Positions 1-12,450 of a DNA stretch of 64,000 nucleotides are shown here, in pieces (the first letter of the stretch is position 1; every line of letters starts with the position of its first letter). Where the stretch lies: positions 404,736,001 through 404,800,000 of the forward strand of contig OZ024740.1 in NCBI GenBank assembly GCA_964016885.1, given 5' to 3'. The notes below the pieces were generated by a model. The model saw only the letters and a program-made list of their open reading frames with translations, was not told where the DNA came from and did not search any database. The stretch comes from Eledone cirrhosa (taxonomy: Eukaryota). The position numbers and the translations under genes are program-made.

Positions 1-97
1 AAATAAATATTCATGTCTTGAGCTGACAGATCTATTTTTAGTAGTAAACGTGTATATATAGGCTAAATTTAAGCAAGTTCTGTGGAAAACTTTTTCT

Positions 98-145
98 ATC
101 TCTTTCTCACCCCACTCTCTCTCTCTCTCCATCTCTGACTGTCTG

Positions 146-198
<53 letters not shown>

Positions 199-235
199 AT
201 ATATATCATCATCATCATCATCATCTATATATATA

Positions 236-268
<33 letters not shown>

Positions 269-270
269 TA
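98..270. repeat. Compound microsatellite (TC/TA/TG/CAT)
   Basis: Direct inspection. Confidence 0.95.
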
Positions 271-592
271 AATAGAAATACTCTAATTCTCAGAAATATT
301 CATTAGGTAGTCATGTACAAACAAGACAAACTACTTGATAGAAAAATAACTGGAGAAAATTCCCATCTTTATAATAACAAAGACTAAACATATTTAGTTT
401 TTGGAAAAAACTTTGAGAAATTCATTGAAACTTGTTACTGGTAGTCTTGCTGGTCTTTTTCACTGAGATTGATCTGAATAAAAAATGGAGGATTATTTCA
501 GGGAGCATTGTTAACAAAGAGATTTTATAGTAAATAAACTGATGATTAGAAAACAATGAAGTGTTCAGTGTTATACAATATTAGAATAAGTT

Positions 593-610
593 GTTTGTGT
601 GAGAGAGATA

Positions 611-647
<37 letters not shown>

Positions 648-758
648 ATAGTGTGTGTGTGTGTGAGAGAGAGAGTGAGTGAGTGCGTGTGTGTGTGTGA
701 GAGAGAGAGATAGAAAATGTGTGTGAGAGAGAGTGTGTGAGAGAGAGAGAGAGAGTGC

Positions 759-789
<31 letters not shown>

Positions 790-880
790 TGCGTGTGTGT
801 GTGTGTGAGAGAGAGATAGAAAATGTGTGTGTGAGAGAGAGAGAGTGTGTGAGAGAGAGAGTGAGAGAGAGTGTGAGAGA

Positions 881-951
<71 letters not shown>

Positions 952-967
952 TGTGTGTGTGTGTGTG
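593..967. repeat. Compound (GA)n/(GT)n microsatellite with higher-order duplication
   Basis: Direct inspection. The block GAGATAGAAAATGTGTG occurs twice. Source of the spurious SLSL/RERE ORFs. Confidence 0.95.
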
Positions 968-1439
968 CATGTACATGTATGTGTTTCTGTGTCCAATAGT
1001 TACCAGAAGGAAATAGCTAATAAAAAAGAGATGGTGTAGAACAAGTCAATGGGAGGAGAAGATAAACAGTTACAATGAGTGAGAAGAAGGGGGATCAGGA
1101 GCAAGAGAGGGAGAGAAAGAAAGAAAGACATATAAGTGGTAGTGCTGGTGACATAATAAAATTCATCTAGTACACCCTGTAAATTAGTAGCATGAATATG
1201 ACAATAAAATGTACCCAGTACACTCACTAAACTGGTACTGCTGGTGTTATGATAGGAGGTGGAATTTGATGACATTTAAATTTCAACTGAAATTTTAAAA
1301 TGTATTTCTTGTTGTAGTTGGTGTTGCTGTTTTACCTTGGATCAACCTTGACCAAGCAGACTTATGATCAAACATGTTCTTGACATGGCCATCTGTCTAT
1401 TTTTTTTTTTTATCAATCTCTGTAATGTTTCTTTTAAGA

Positions 1440-1730
1440 TGATAATAATAATAATGAAATTATTGTGTACAGTGCTCAGGTGCACTACAACTCATCAAAG
1501 GTGCATGTATAGTACATAGAATAATTGTTTCTACTTTTGGCACAAGGCCAGCAATTACCCAGTGTATTACTGGTACTTTATTTTATCGACCCCGTAAGGA
1601 GGATGAAAGGCAAAGTTAACCTTGGCGGGATTTGAACTCAGAATGGCAAGGGCTGTAACTCTATGCGTCAAAGCATGACATCCGACCCTCTACCGATACT
1701 GCCAATCCACCGTACATAGAATAATGTTCA
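1440..1730 (-). mobile_element. CR1-like LINE 3' tail interrupted by a tRNA-derived SINE (SINE ~1526-1711)
   Basis: Host matches the CR1-like tails at 6424-6640 and 7110-7320. The SINE is flanked by a 14-bp TSD GTACATAGAATAAT (1512-1525 and 1712-1725). Confidence 0.8.
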
Positions 1731-1980
1731 GATATAACAGAGATTTGTCTGCTCTTCTTGCAAATTTAGTGGCCATGTAGAAGCTTACTTGTTGGCTCAA
1801 TATTATCTCATGTCAGTGATGGATTAACAAGTAAATATGGGTTTACATTAATTATATTTTTAAACAGACTATGGACTAGATAGATATATAAAGCCAATGT
1901 GAAAGAGAATAAAATAGAACCCAGTAGAAATAAGATCTTTGTCTCTTTAATTGATATCTCAAAATTTTTGTTTATTTTTT

Positions 1981-2450
1981 AGTGCTGTTGTCATGATAAA
2001 ATGCACCCAGTGAACTCTATAAAGTCGTAGTGCAGATGCCATGATAAAATGCACTCAGTACACTATGTAAAGTGGTTGTGCAAATGCAGCAAAAATGTGC
2101 TAAGTACACTCAGTAAAATGGTAGTATTAGTGACATGATAAAATGCACTTAGTACCTTCTGTAAGTGGTAGAATTAGTGCCATGATAAAATGCACTCAAT
2201 ACCTTCTGTAAGTGGTAGTGCTGGTGACACAATAAAATTCACCCAGTACACTCTGTAAAGTGATAATACTGGAACCATGATAAAATGCACCCAGTATACT
2301 CTGTGAAATGATTGGTATTAGGGAAGGTATCCAGCCATTCAAACCATGCTAAAAAGGAAAAGTATGAGCAGCATGTGGTCATCTGACCTATCTAGTCTTG
2401 GACCAGATAACCTGTCCAGAGAAAACTGACATAAAATGATGATGATGATG
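1981..2450 (+). mobile_element. RTE-type 3' tail with an internal ~48-bp unit expanded to 7 degenerate copies
   Basis: Unit ~GTGCCATGATAAAATGCACCCAGTACACTCTGTAAAGTGGTA, then TTAGGGAAGGTATCCAGC and a (GAT)n tail, as in the RTE 3'UTRs at 28396 and 30516. A shorter run lies at ~1135-1250. Confidence 0.7.
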
Positions 2451-4280
2451 TTTAGTTAGGAAGGAATGACCTCTTTCAGACCTCTGAGACTAGTGTGAGA
2501 AAAAGAGGAAAGTATCCTTAAACTGAAAACCTGGCCTGGATGCTTGAAACAAGAGTGTATACTTCTAAAAGCAACCCAGATGCCAGATGGTTGTGTTAAA
2601 CTAGGGAACATATTAAATCTCCCATCCAAGTAAGCTGCAGCAGAATTTTAATTCAGAATGAAAAGAGCCAGAATAAATACTGCAAAACAATCTAATAACT
2701 CTACACCCCCCTCCTCCTTTGAACTGATATTCTATTCTATTGACCCTGAAAGTATGAAAATCAAAGTTGATTTCAGTAAGAGTTGAACTTAGAGAGTAAA
2801 AAGCCATAACAAATGCTGCAAAGCATTCATTTCCATATTTAACACTTATAATACAATACTTTTGAAAGCATTCAAACATTAACAGAATAATTACTTGATA
2901 CTAATGGGTAGATTGTAGAAATTTATTTTCTAAGTAGAAAAGTGGCAGTGACTTCAAAGTTTCAGCTTGGTTACTTCATCCTTATATGTACACAGTCATG
3001 AACAATCATTCTTTGAATCCATACACGCATAAAATTTTGCATGCGTTTTCGTGTTTGATTATATGAGTCTATGTTTTGGCATTATAAGAGTGAGTTGAGA
3101 TTCATGCTCATGATGAGATATTATCTTGACCTAATAACCTCAAAAGGCAATAAAAAAAAACCCCCTGTTATATGAAAGTATATATGTTAAGGTTACAAAT
3201 AAAATTTTCTGACTGCACAGGTATAATAAATGTGGAAGTGAATATTGTAAGAGTCTTATTACTGCTCACATATATAAAATGATGTTGCTGCTACACACTC
3301 AAATATTGTCCTAGACCTTATCTAAATGAAAGTCATCTGACTGATTGACAAAGATGCAATCACTGACATGTTTCAACCAGCAATTCACAGAAACAGTAAA
3401 ACTAGAACAAAAGTTATACTGCACTATTCTGAGTTAATCTATTATAGTTTTCTATTATTCAACCTATTGTCAAACATATACTGATCTAACTCTTTGTAGT
3501 AACTCTCATGTAACTACACGAAGTTTTAGTCGTTCACCATTTTTCACCAGTTTATTGGACAAATAACTATATAAACTGAAACTAAAAGCCTCCCGATCTC
3601 TTTTGTTGGCAATTCAGCCAGATCAAGCTGTACTGTTTCTTTCCCCAGGGACATAAGCTGGAAAAAAGTTGTTGTTTCTCTCTTTTCAAACAGAATTTAA
3701 CTAGGGCAGTAATCAACAGAATCCATTCCAGCTTTAACTAATCAATACAAGAAACGTTTCAGTTAAACAAAACATTGATTTGAAGGATTTCTATTCCAAT
3801 CAGTCATAAATCACATATGTTAAATTTCCCATCATTTTTTAACCTCAGCAAATCTTTTCCCTTTAAGTTATGTGTGACACAGAAATAACTTTATTTCAAG
3901 AACACTAATCACATTGACTTATAGCAGCAAGTCTTCAAGAGATACATAGGAAATAAGAGCACTATTATTTGTAATTTCTTGTTATATCTTGTATTTCTTG
4001 TATCTATATTTTTTACATTAGTGACCCCAAGGTAGTGTATATAGGTTTTCCATATTTTCTACATACTTCTACAGAGTAACAATTTGTTGTTAAGTAGACC
4101 ATAAATCCTACTATTATTGGTAGAATTTGTTTTACATCATTCCAGGACTCATAAAGAAAGTATAGTAACATATCTGGATCCATTCAATCAACTATATCCC
4201 TTAAAAATTAGCGTTTTGATTAAACAAGTATAAAAATATTTAAATTTTTTTATATATCAATTGGTGAACAATAGAATTAT

Positions 4281-4414
4281 TGGCAGTACTGGGGCTATCA
4301 TTAAGGCCAACTAGGCAGCTGCCTAGGATGGTACAGTGTTCAGAAATGGCAGTACTGGGGCTATCATTAAGGCCAATTAGACAGCTGCTAAGGATGGTAC
4401 AGTGTTCAGAAATG
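4281..4414. repeat. 66-bp tandem duplication
   Basis: TGGCAGTACTGGGGCTATCATTAAGGCCAA..CAGCTGC..AGGATGGTACAGTGTTCAGAAA starts at 4281 and again at 4347. Confidence 0.9.
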
Positions 4415-5496
4415 CAAATAACTGAACCTTAAAGGATCACACTTTTATACAAATTTGTATAATGAAATTAGATATATAATAATTTTCTTTAACCAATAAA
4501 GAAATCACTAAATATGTTTACAATGTAACAGTGCTGCAGAAATATCCAAAGTGGTGGAGTGGGTTGAATGGTGTTATGACTTGCTACATGGTTTAGTGTG
4601 GGTGAATGTGGGTTGTGTAGTAGAAAAAATGAGCTTTGTGAGGTTACCAAACTATACATTGAAATTATTTTATTTGTGAGAATGGCATGCATATTGTAGA
4701 GCTAACACAGAGTGCTAAATATCCAGGTGCTGGTTCTGACCATTGGGTAAAGGTTTTGAATGTGCTAATCACTGATTCTCTGCATTTCTAACAGCAAGAA
4801 TGAAAAATAAAATTTTCTAACCCATTAAAAAAGACAATGTCTATTCTGCACTTGTTTTATTTTGGTGGTGGTGGTGGTGTGGCAGTTATCTCACTGATAT
4901 TTATACACACATGTACACAAACGCGGGTGCGCACACACACACGTGCAAATACACAATTATGCACTCTGGGATCGATTTAATCGACTTTCACCTTCCCTTC
5001 AAATTGCTGGCCTTATGCCTAAAGTAGAAACAATTATTTAGTGTAGTCCTTCTCAGTTCTGAGTTCTGACCATGCCTGACAAACATTCCCTTCCACCGTT
5101 TTTGATACAACAAAGTACTGGAAATACATTGAAATTTAATAAATTGTATCTTCAACAGAATCCAGTGCATGGTTTAACACCATCCCTGACACATGAGTAC
5201 TACACTCTGAAGCAAGCATTTGGACCAAGTCTTTGGTCTGATGATAACTTTTCCATTTCTCTTACAATTCTTGGAGACCCTGCAAAACAAAATAGACAGT
5301 TCTAAGCCAGATTTTATTTTACAATTTAAAAAAAAATTTGTCTGTTGTGATGCCAACAAAAAGCAATATTTTTTTATGTCACCATTAACTTTCATTTGTC
5401 TTCTAGGATCTTTTCTACTTAAAGGTAAACTATAAGAAACATTGTCATTACATAAACGTTGAAAACACACTTATAAAAAATATTATGTACTATTAA

Positions 5497-5998
5497 CACT
5501 TACACACTTGCACCTCTCTAAGACAATGTCACTGAACCGAGATCTTTGGCACTACGCAGTAATACAGAAGACCCGCCTTGCCTATGTACAAAGTGAAACC
5601 TAAAGTCAGTAGGCACCTCTTAACCAAATATACACCCCAATCCACTACTCTATCCTCCCACTCCCACCAACACCACCCTCTCTCTGTAAAGTTGGTACCA
5701 CAACATCCAGTCCAAATAAATGAGATAATGAGATCGAGATCGTGTAGGTGTCATGACAAAAACACACACAGTCCACGCTGCAATGTGGTCGTGTAGGTAA
5801 CATGGTAAAAAGTTCTCAGTTCCACACTGTAAATGTGGTTGGTGTTAAGAAGAGCATCCAGCCATAGAAAACCTGCCAGATAATCCTATATGAGCGAGAC
5901 ACGGTCACCCGACCAACCTTGCCTCAAGAGAGACAACTCCAGTCTAACCCATGCTAGCGTGGAAGATGGACGTTAAACGAAGATGATGATGATGATGA
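5497..5998 (+). mobile_element. 5'-truncated RTE LINE (ORF end + 3'UTR + (GAT)n), same family as 30516-31580
   Basis: CACCTCTCTAAGACAATGTCACTGAACCGAGATCTTTGG...GAAGACCCGCCTTGCCTA matches the reverse complement of ~30897-30980. Ends in (GAT)n. Confidence 0.85.
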
Positions 5999-6044
5999 AC
6001 ACTACTATACAACTGAAATCTAGGATTGTGTCATATTTTGATAA

Positions 6045-6225
6045 TGATTTCTAATTTAGGCACAAGGCCAGCAATTTGGGAAATGAGTGAGTCGATTATA
6101 TTTTATCAATCCCAAAAAGAAAAGTTGATCTCAGTGGGGTTTGAACTTATAATATAAAGAGCTGTAACTAAATACTACAAGGTCTTTTGACCGACGCTCT
6201 AAAGATTCTACCTATCTACTGCCCC
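6045..6225 (-). mobile_element. tRNA-derived SINE, Meta-domain-like family (degenerate)
   Basis: Shares GGCACAAGGCCAGCAA and TTTTATCAA..CCC segments with the copies at 1526, 53031 and 57418. Confidence 0.7.
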
Positions 6226-6423
6226 TCTGTCCCATTCTAATAATGATTTCTTTATTTATTTATTATTTATTTCTTTATTTATTTATTCTACAGCAAATTT
6301 ATTGAGTCAAACGTCTCATGACTGACATAAAAATGCAATGAAGTTTCTTAGTGGGTTTGTCCGCTCATCCAATTGTAAAATAACCCATGCTAGCGTGGAA
6401 AAAGGGCGTTAAACGAAGATGAT

Positions 6424-6640
6424 GAAGCATGGAACAAACTACCTGCATCAGTTGTTAGCTGTCGAGACACTGCATCCTTTAAGGCCTCCATGCTTCCCGA
6501 GATCCGCCAACACTACAGCTAACACATACACACATGTACTTCCCTGACATTTGTGTATTATTCTATGTACTATATTGACGAGTTGTAGTGCACCTGAGCA
6601 ATTTACACAATAATTTCATTATATATTATATTATATGATG
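6424..6640 (+). mobile_element. CR1-like LINE 3' end
   Basis: Translates AWNKLPASVVSCRDTASFKASMLPEIRQHYS* (WNxLP..VV...FK motif of the CR1/L2 ORF2 C-terminus), then a tail ending in ATT-rich repeats. Confidence 0.75.
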
Positions 6641-7109
6641 ATGATGATGATGATGATGATGATAGCCACACCCTACCCAAATATCAAGCCCTCCAAAAAA
6701 CAATGTAGTTACAATCAGTAAAATGGTTTATTTATTATAAAATATAACAGTTTGTCACCAGCAGAAGACCAGAAAGGAATGCAGTAGCGCAACATTAAGA
6801 GCGAAAAGTTTAATTATGTCATAACACCTTAAACCAGTCAATTAAGGATAATTTAAAGTCACGTGTGCAACCGTGTGCCTGAAATTAATAAAACTAGGAG
6901 AACAAGGGGCGTTACTGAATCAGTAAAATTGCCTCCCTTGGATAGCGTAGGTACTATGAACCAATAAAAACAATTTTTGAAAATATGGTAAAGTTATTTA
7001 TTTATTTTTGATGTAGAACAGAGATTATTTGTTTTAAATATTAACATAAATAACATTACAAATTGCTCAGAATTCTTTTAGAATGAAAATATAAACACAT
7101 ATAACAAAT

Positions 7110-7320
7110 CCTTTAAAACCTCAATGCTTCCCGAGAGTCGCCAACACTACACCTAATGTTCCCTCTCTATACACATACACACATGTATATCATGACTCAT
7201 ACACTATTCACTTCCCTGACATTTGTATATTATCCTATGTACTATACATGCACCTTTGATGAGTTGTAGTGCACCTGAACACTTTACACAATAATTTCAT
7301 TATTATTATCATTATTATAA
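7110..7320 (+). mobile_element. CR1-like LINE 3' end (second copy)
   Basis: ATGCTTCCCGAGAGTCGCCAACACTACACCTAA...GTTGTAGTGCACCTGA...(ATT)n, homologous to 6424-6640. Confidence 0.75.
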
Positions 7321-7379
7321 ATATAATTAACTATTGTTGGGAACCTCACAAGTACAAAAAACCAAATTATATGACTAGA

Positions 7380-9305
7380 GTGAGAGAGAGAGAGAGAGAG
7401 AGAAAAAAAGGGAATCAAAAACAAAAATAACCATCAATTCCCTACCAAGTGCAACAATCGACCACACATCACTCGAGTCAACAAAATATTTTGAAGGAAG
7501 CCAATATGCTCTCAGCATTGCCACGGGTGATGGCAAGGCTAAGGAACTGAAACAACCAGACACCCTCATGGGTATCACCTGACACCTCAGTGTCCAGAAC
7601 AGAGGAGAAATTTACCCAAGCAAGGGCCCATTTAATGATCAGGTTTAACTTGGTGTGACAGCTGAAACAACCAGCATTCAGGCAGCAGGACAATCTATGT
7701 AGACCTGTGGAGTCAAAGGACCTACAACAGTGACAGCTCAAATCCCACAGACATCAGCTCTGACTCGGAGTGCAATGGAGATGCAAAGCTTGTCTTGGCT
7801 GAGAAGACCACCAATGCTGGCCACAGGAAGGGCATAAATCCAGTCCCCCTGAGAACTTTGCGCTTACAGAAAGTAAGTGGCACCTAGAAAATTGATCAGA
7901 ATGCTCAACGAGCGAGTTAAAAGTTTTGCTCGAATGCAGATTGTCCCATACTTTCTGCTTCCATCTATCCTCATCAGTATCGAGAACTGACAAACCTAGC
8001 TCTCTCCACTGTAGTAAAACTTCATCCAACTCCATGTTGGAAAGGAGAGGATGTCACCTACTAAAAGGGAGCAAGGGTGGATGGAGGAAAGAATGCAAAG
8101 TCGAGACAAAGATGAGTATTTACACAGACTGACCTCCAAACTGTTTGGGCAAGGCATGAGACTCTGGAGAGTCAGACGTTGACCAGACCCTCAAGCTTAC
8201 TGAATATTAGGTTATCAAAGTGTGGGAGAGATGACAAGAATTTGTAAGAGGGACTAACTCTGAGGAAATACAACAACTTAGAAATTGACAAATAAGTATG
8301 AAAAAACCTTGGTGTGGCTCAATGGCTTCAAAGTTTTTAAAAGTTGCTCGAGGTTAACCAACTTAGATCAAAAGATGGACTCAAATGCTTGGTCAGTAAT
8401 TGGGAGCACCATGTTGATGAGACAGGAACCATGATAGAGGGGAAGGACTCTGTGAGCAGGTCAACAGTCAGCTCATATGAAGTTGGGTGGTTGACTGGTA
8501 AGAACTCGCATTTGGAACTGTTGTCGTGAAGGCAGTTCCTCAATCATCATCTTCATGGTTGCAAGGACCTTGTCTGGAGGACCCTATCAAACAAGTATCA
8601 TCCAGATACCAGACATTCAAATCCAGGTCAACTCTCATCTTGGTGATGTCATCAATGCCCAGTGCGAAAAGAGTAGGTCTGAGTGAGTCACCCTGTGGCA
8701 GATAATAGGAAATGGTTGCTGAAAGAGAGGTAGGAGGGCTCCCGATAGGCTTACCAAGCAAAGTGGTAAAGTTGCAGGGCCTTCTCTTTTACTGAACAGA
8801 GGATGACATCCTGATTGATAGAATTGAGAGCGTTCCTGAGATCTAGTTTGAGGATACCCTTGGGGGCTTCAGAAGGTAATTTGGTAAATGATCTGGTAGA
8901 TTGAGCGGCAGCTTCACAACCCAGCTTGGTACCCAACCCTAGCTGAATAAGGGAAAACTCGGCGGACAGGCTGTCTGAAATCAAAGACAGACATACTTTC
9001 ACAGTGAGCCATCGTAGTGTGCACCCAACTGCTACAGGGCAGAGGTCATCGTTGGGCTTTGTGAGGTTAAACAGTGAGGCCCTAAAGAACTGGGGACGAA
9101 TATATGGGAGGACATTTTTGGATGAGAACAGGTTAATGAATTGGGTGAGGTTCTCCAACAGCTCAAGTCTGGCAACTCCAGCTGACAAGGATACACCATC
9201 CTTGAGGTGTTGAGGTTGTAGGCCATCAATCTCTGCATCAGGACTCACAGGAAAGGATATGATCGCCTTCCTGGCATTATCTGGGGTGACTGCAACTATC
9301 TTGCC
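7380..9305 (-). mobile_element. Degenerate CRE-clade (RLE-type) non-LTR retrotransposon: RT plus C-terminal remnant
   Basis: Frameshifted segments: KAIISFP..DGLQPQHLKD, PVAVGCTLRWL, QLGLGTKLGCEAA, LKLDLRNALNS, QGDSLRPTLF, WYLDD, and C-terminal LFQFLSLAITRGNA (cf. AIQRGNA). The 3' end abuts (TC)n. Confidence 0.85.
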
Positions 9306-10394
9306 TCTTAATTTTCAAATGTTTCGTAAAAAGAATTTTTTTAAATTTAGAATTCCTGCAACACAATTGAAAGTAAGATAAAATAAAAAAAAAGGGACAG
9401 CATATCTCAGCTGTGCCCTGCGGATGAGATGGTGACAGCATTGCTATGAAGAACATCCAGCAATATTTACTGTATCAGCCATTCCACCTCAGCAGGGGTC
9501 ATTACTCAGGTGAGATGTATTCATTTTGATTTGGCAAAGGAACATGGCAGTCCAGGAATCAAAGTTACCAGAGGTTTCCCCACTCAACACCACTGATGTT
9601 GTCCAAGGGGAAAGCAAAGGCTGATACAGTTTGGCACCAGTAACATTGGGTGATAGTGATGTGTAAATATAAAAAATGTCACCAATTTAGTCATTTTAGA
9701 ATGAAAGTTTTCAAATAATAGTTTTGTTATTGTAGCAGCATTATATTTAAGGCTGGATTAGTCATTAAACAGAATAAGCATATGCTTAGGGTATCAAGGG
9801 AATATTAATTGTATTTATCATCTCAAAAAAATTTTTGGGCAGACTTTATATAAGGCGGGTGGGGGGGGGGGGGGTGTCATAATTTTTGAAGTGTTTTGGG
9901 CATCAAGTATATCATAGTTTTAAGTTCATTACATTGTTCTATGATTATTTTTTCCTTTTTTTTTGTTTTTGGTCTTTCCAGGCATTTTGAAAAAGCATTG
10001 AGCAATTTGAAAATGTTGAGGGCAAAATGCTTACATTCTGCCTCAGTCCCTTTCTCTGAAAACATTTGTTATTTAGTGCACTAGAAATTTTGCCCAGTAA
10101 TTGTTTTAGCAGGCATTTGACCTCTGCTTGTGTAATTCTAAATCTAATCTTGTGCAGTAAGTTTACATTTTGTGAGAAATACTACATGTTCTTATATGGT
10201 TAAAAGAATATAATTTTTATATGTTTAAAATATCCACTCCTAATAATTCTCAGACTCAGAGCATATGAAATACTGAGTCATTTGTGCAGTTCTAAATTTT
10301 CCTTAAAATAAACCTTGACTTTTGGATAATACTTTGAATATACAGAGCTTACCCAAGCCTTGTCTATTTGGTTCATATTATTGCTTCTTATCAG

Positions 10395-10536
10395 ATGCCA
10401 TGCTTTGACGCATAGAGTTACGGTCCTTGCCATTCTGAGTTCAAATCCCACTGAGGTTAACTTTGCCTTTCATCCTTACGGGGTCGATAAAATAAAGTAC
10501 CAGTAATGCACTGAGTAATTGCTGGCCTTGTGCCTT
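10395..10536 (+). mobile_element. tRNA-derived SINE, Meta-domain-like family
   Basis: B-box GAGTTCAAATCC, then GCCTTTCATCCTTACGGGGTCGATAAAATAAAGTACCAG. Confidence 0.8.
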
Positions 10537-11436
10537 GCTTCTTCATGAGCTACTTACAATAAACAAAATATTGCTTGGTCAATACACATCAGATCATGTT
10601 ACATTGTATACATCCATTTACTCTGGACAGTATATCCTATTAGTAGAGACAAACTGAGTCACTTTTATAAATTTTGGGTGTAAAATTTTGGGTTCCTTTC
10701 ATTTTATATCAACATGTTCTGCTATAAATCAAACCTCAGATAAAGATGATGCAATCTCCTTCAATGGATATAAATATAGCAAGTGAAATGATATTAAAGA
10801 TATATGACATGTGATCCAGTAACAGGCTTTTGAATTCATTAACCCTTTTAATACCAATGTGCCCTAAACTGCCTTTAACTCTATGATACAAAAGTGCCTG
10901 TTTTAAAATGTTCTCTATATTTCCTCCCAGCATCATTTAAGAACCCTTGTTCAGGTTAATAATATAAAATCTTTGGATAGTTGTTATTATTATTTAGCCG
11001 TAGGCTAGCCTTGATTGAACAGACCTATGATAAAAGTGTTCCAACAATGGTTATGTCATCTGTTTGTATAGCTAAGACTATATTGAATGTATCCTTCCAT
11101 TGTAAGATGGGTGTGATTTAAGAAAATTTGGCTACTATTTCTCAGAGGTTAAGTAATACTGCAGAGTCTCGCTTGCGAGCTAATGAGAGTTTTCAAAATT
11201 GACAAAGTACTGTTTTGCCGCCATTGATGAAGAATTATGTTCAGTGGAACACACAAGCTCCCTTTTCCTTGATGATGCTCACTCATTAATGTTTCTTTTA
11301 CTCTGCACAATTGTTGCAGGCATTGCTGGCACCAACTAGGGTGGTGTTATTTTAATGTTTTAATCAAAAGAGGAAGAACACCACCTTGCTCAATGATATC
11401 TTACTGATCTGAATGATTGGAAAGAGTAAACTCCAC

Positions 11437-11830
11437 TTCCTTCCTTCTCATCCCATTACCATATCTGAGGGTCGGGGTTCATGGACTTATGGACCAGCTC
11501 TCTCCATCTTTTCCTGTCTCTTGCTATTGCCGTACATTCTACCAAACTCCTTCCTGTCCATTCTTTAATATCCTCTATCCATCTCCTTTTCTGCTGTCCC
11601 CTGGCCCTTTTCCCTTGTATTCATCCCTCAAGGATGTGGGTAGTCAAATTTTGACCCTTGATGACATGACCAAAATATTAAAGTTTCTTTTTCCTTACTG
11701 TTTCAACCAACTGTCGATTGGCACCAATCTCTTCCAGGACAGATTCATTTGTTCTGTGAGCTGTCCAGCTAATTCTAAGTGCACACCTAATAGCATGGCC
11801 TTTCAAATGCACTCAGTCGTTTCAAGTTAG
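11437..11830 (-). mobile_element. RTE-clade LINE 3' fragment
   Basis: Minus strand, with frameshifts: VRKKKL*YFGHVIKGQNLTTHILEG...RWIEDIKEWTG...ARDRKRWRELV. Confidence 0.75.
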
Positions 11831-12302
11831 ATGCCTTTAAACTCCACTAAAGGCATACAAAGACTAAGTGGTGATTTTAAACTGGTCATAGTATTATGTC
11901 CTCTAGATGAGCTCCTGCTCAGTTTCTGTTTACTCATTTCCACTCAGAAGTCTTGATTTGATGGACCTTCTGACAGAAGACTCTTGCTTAAGGTGCTGCT
12001 CAAATTGACCCAATTCATAACCCCGTGACTGCAAAGCAACTGGCTTGAAACCACACACCCACATACACAGTCATGCCTTGTTAGCTTGTGATTTAAACAA
12101 CTATGTCGTTACTTTTGGTTGTCTTATATAGAAACAGCATGTGTGAACTATTGGATTGGTCTTTACTACACACTTTTCTTGGGGCAGCTGAGATATACTG
12201 TCTAAACAGGGATGTAGATTTTGCCTCCCTCTTTTTTTCATTATTTATTTTTTCTCCCTCTTCCTGTGTATTATGTGAAATATTTATGTAAATAAAATTT
12301 TA

Positions 12303-12450
12303 AGGTGGTGAACTAACAGAGTTGTTAGCATGTCGTTTAGAATGGCTTACAGTATTCGTTCCGGTTTGGGTTCAAATCCCGCCGAGATCAATTTAGCCTT
12401 CCATGTTTTCGGGGTCGATAAATAAAGTACTAGTTGAACAATGAAGTCAA
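12303..12450 (+). mobile_element. tRNA-derived SINE, Meta-domain-like family
   Basis: GGGTTCAAATCCCGCCGAG..GCCTTCCATGTTTTCGGGGTCGATAAATAAAGTAC. Confidence 0.75.

Noticed and set aside
571-1039. SLSL/THTH/RERE ORFs
   Set aside because: Translations of the (GA)n/(GT)n microsatellite.
3545-3660. Possible minus-strand exon (ttttttccAG|CTTATGTCCCTGGGG...)
   Set aside because: Acceptor-like site, but all frames stop within ~40 codons. No convincing donor, homology or partner exons.
5072-5305. 77-aa ORF faintly like a LINE ORF1 start (LPPFLIQ)
   Set aside because: Too little motif support to call.
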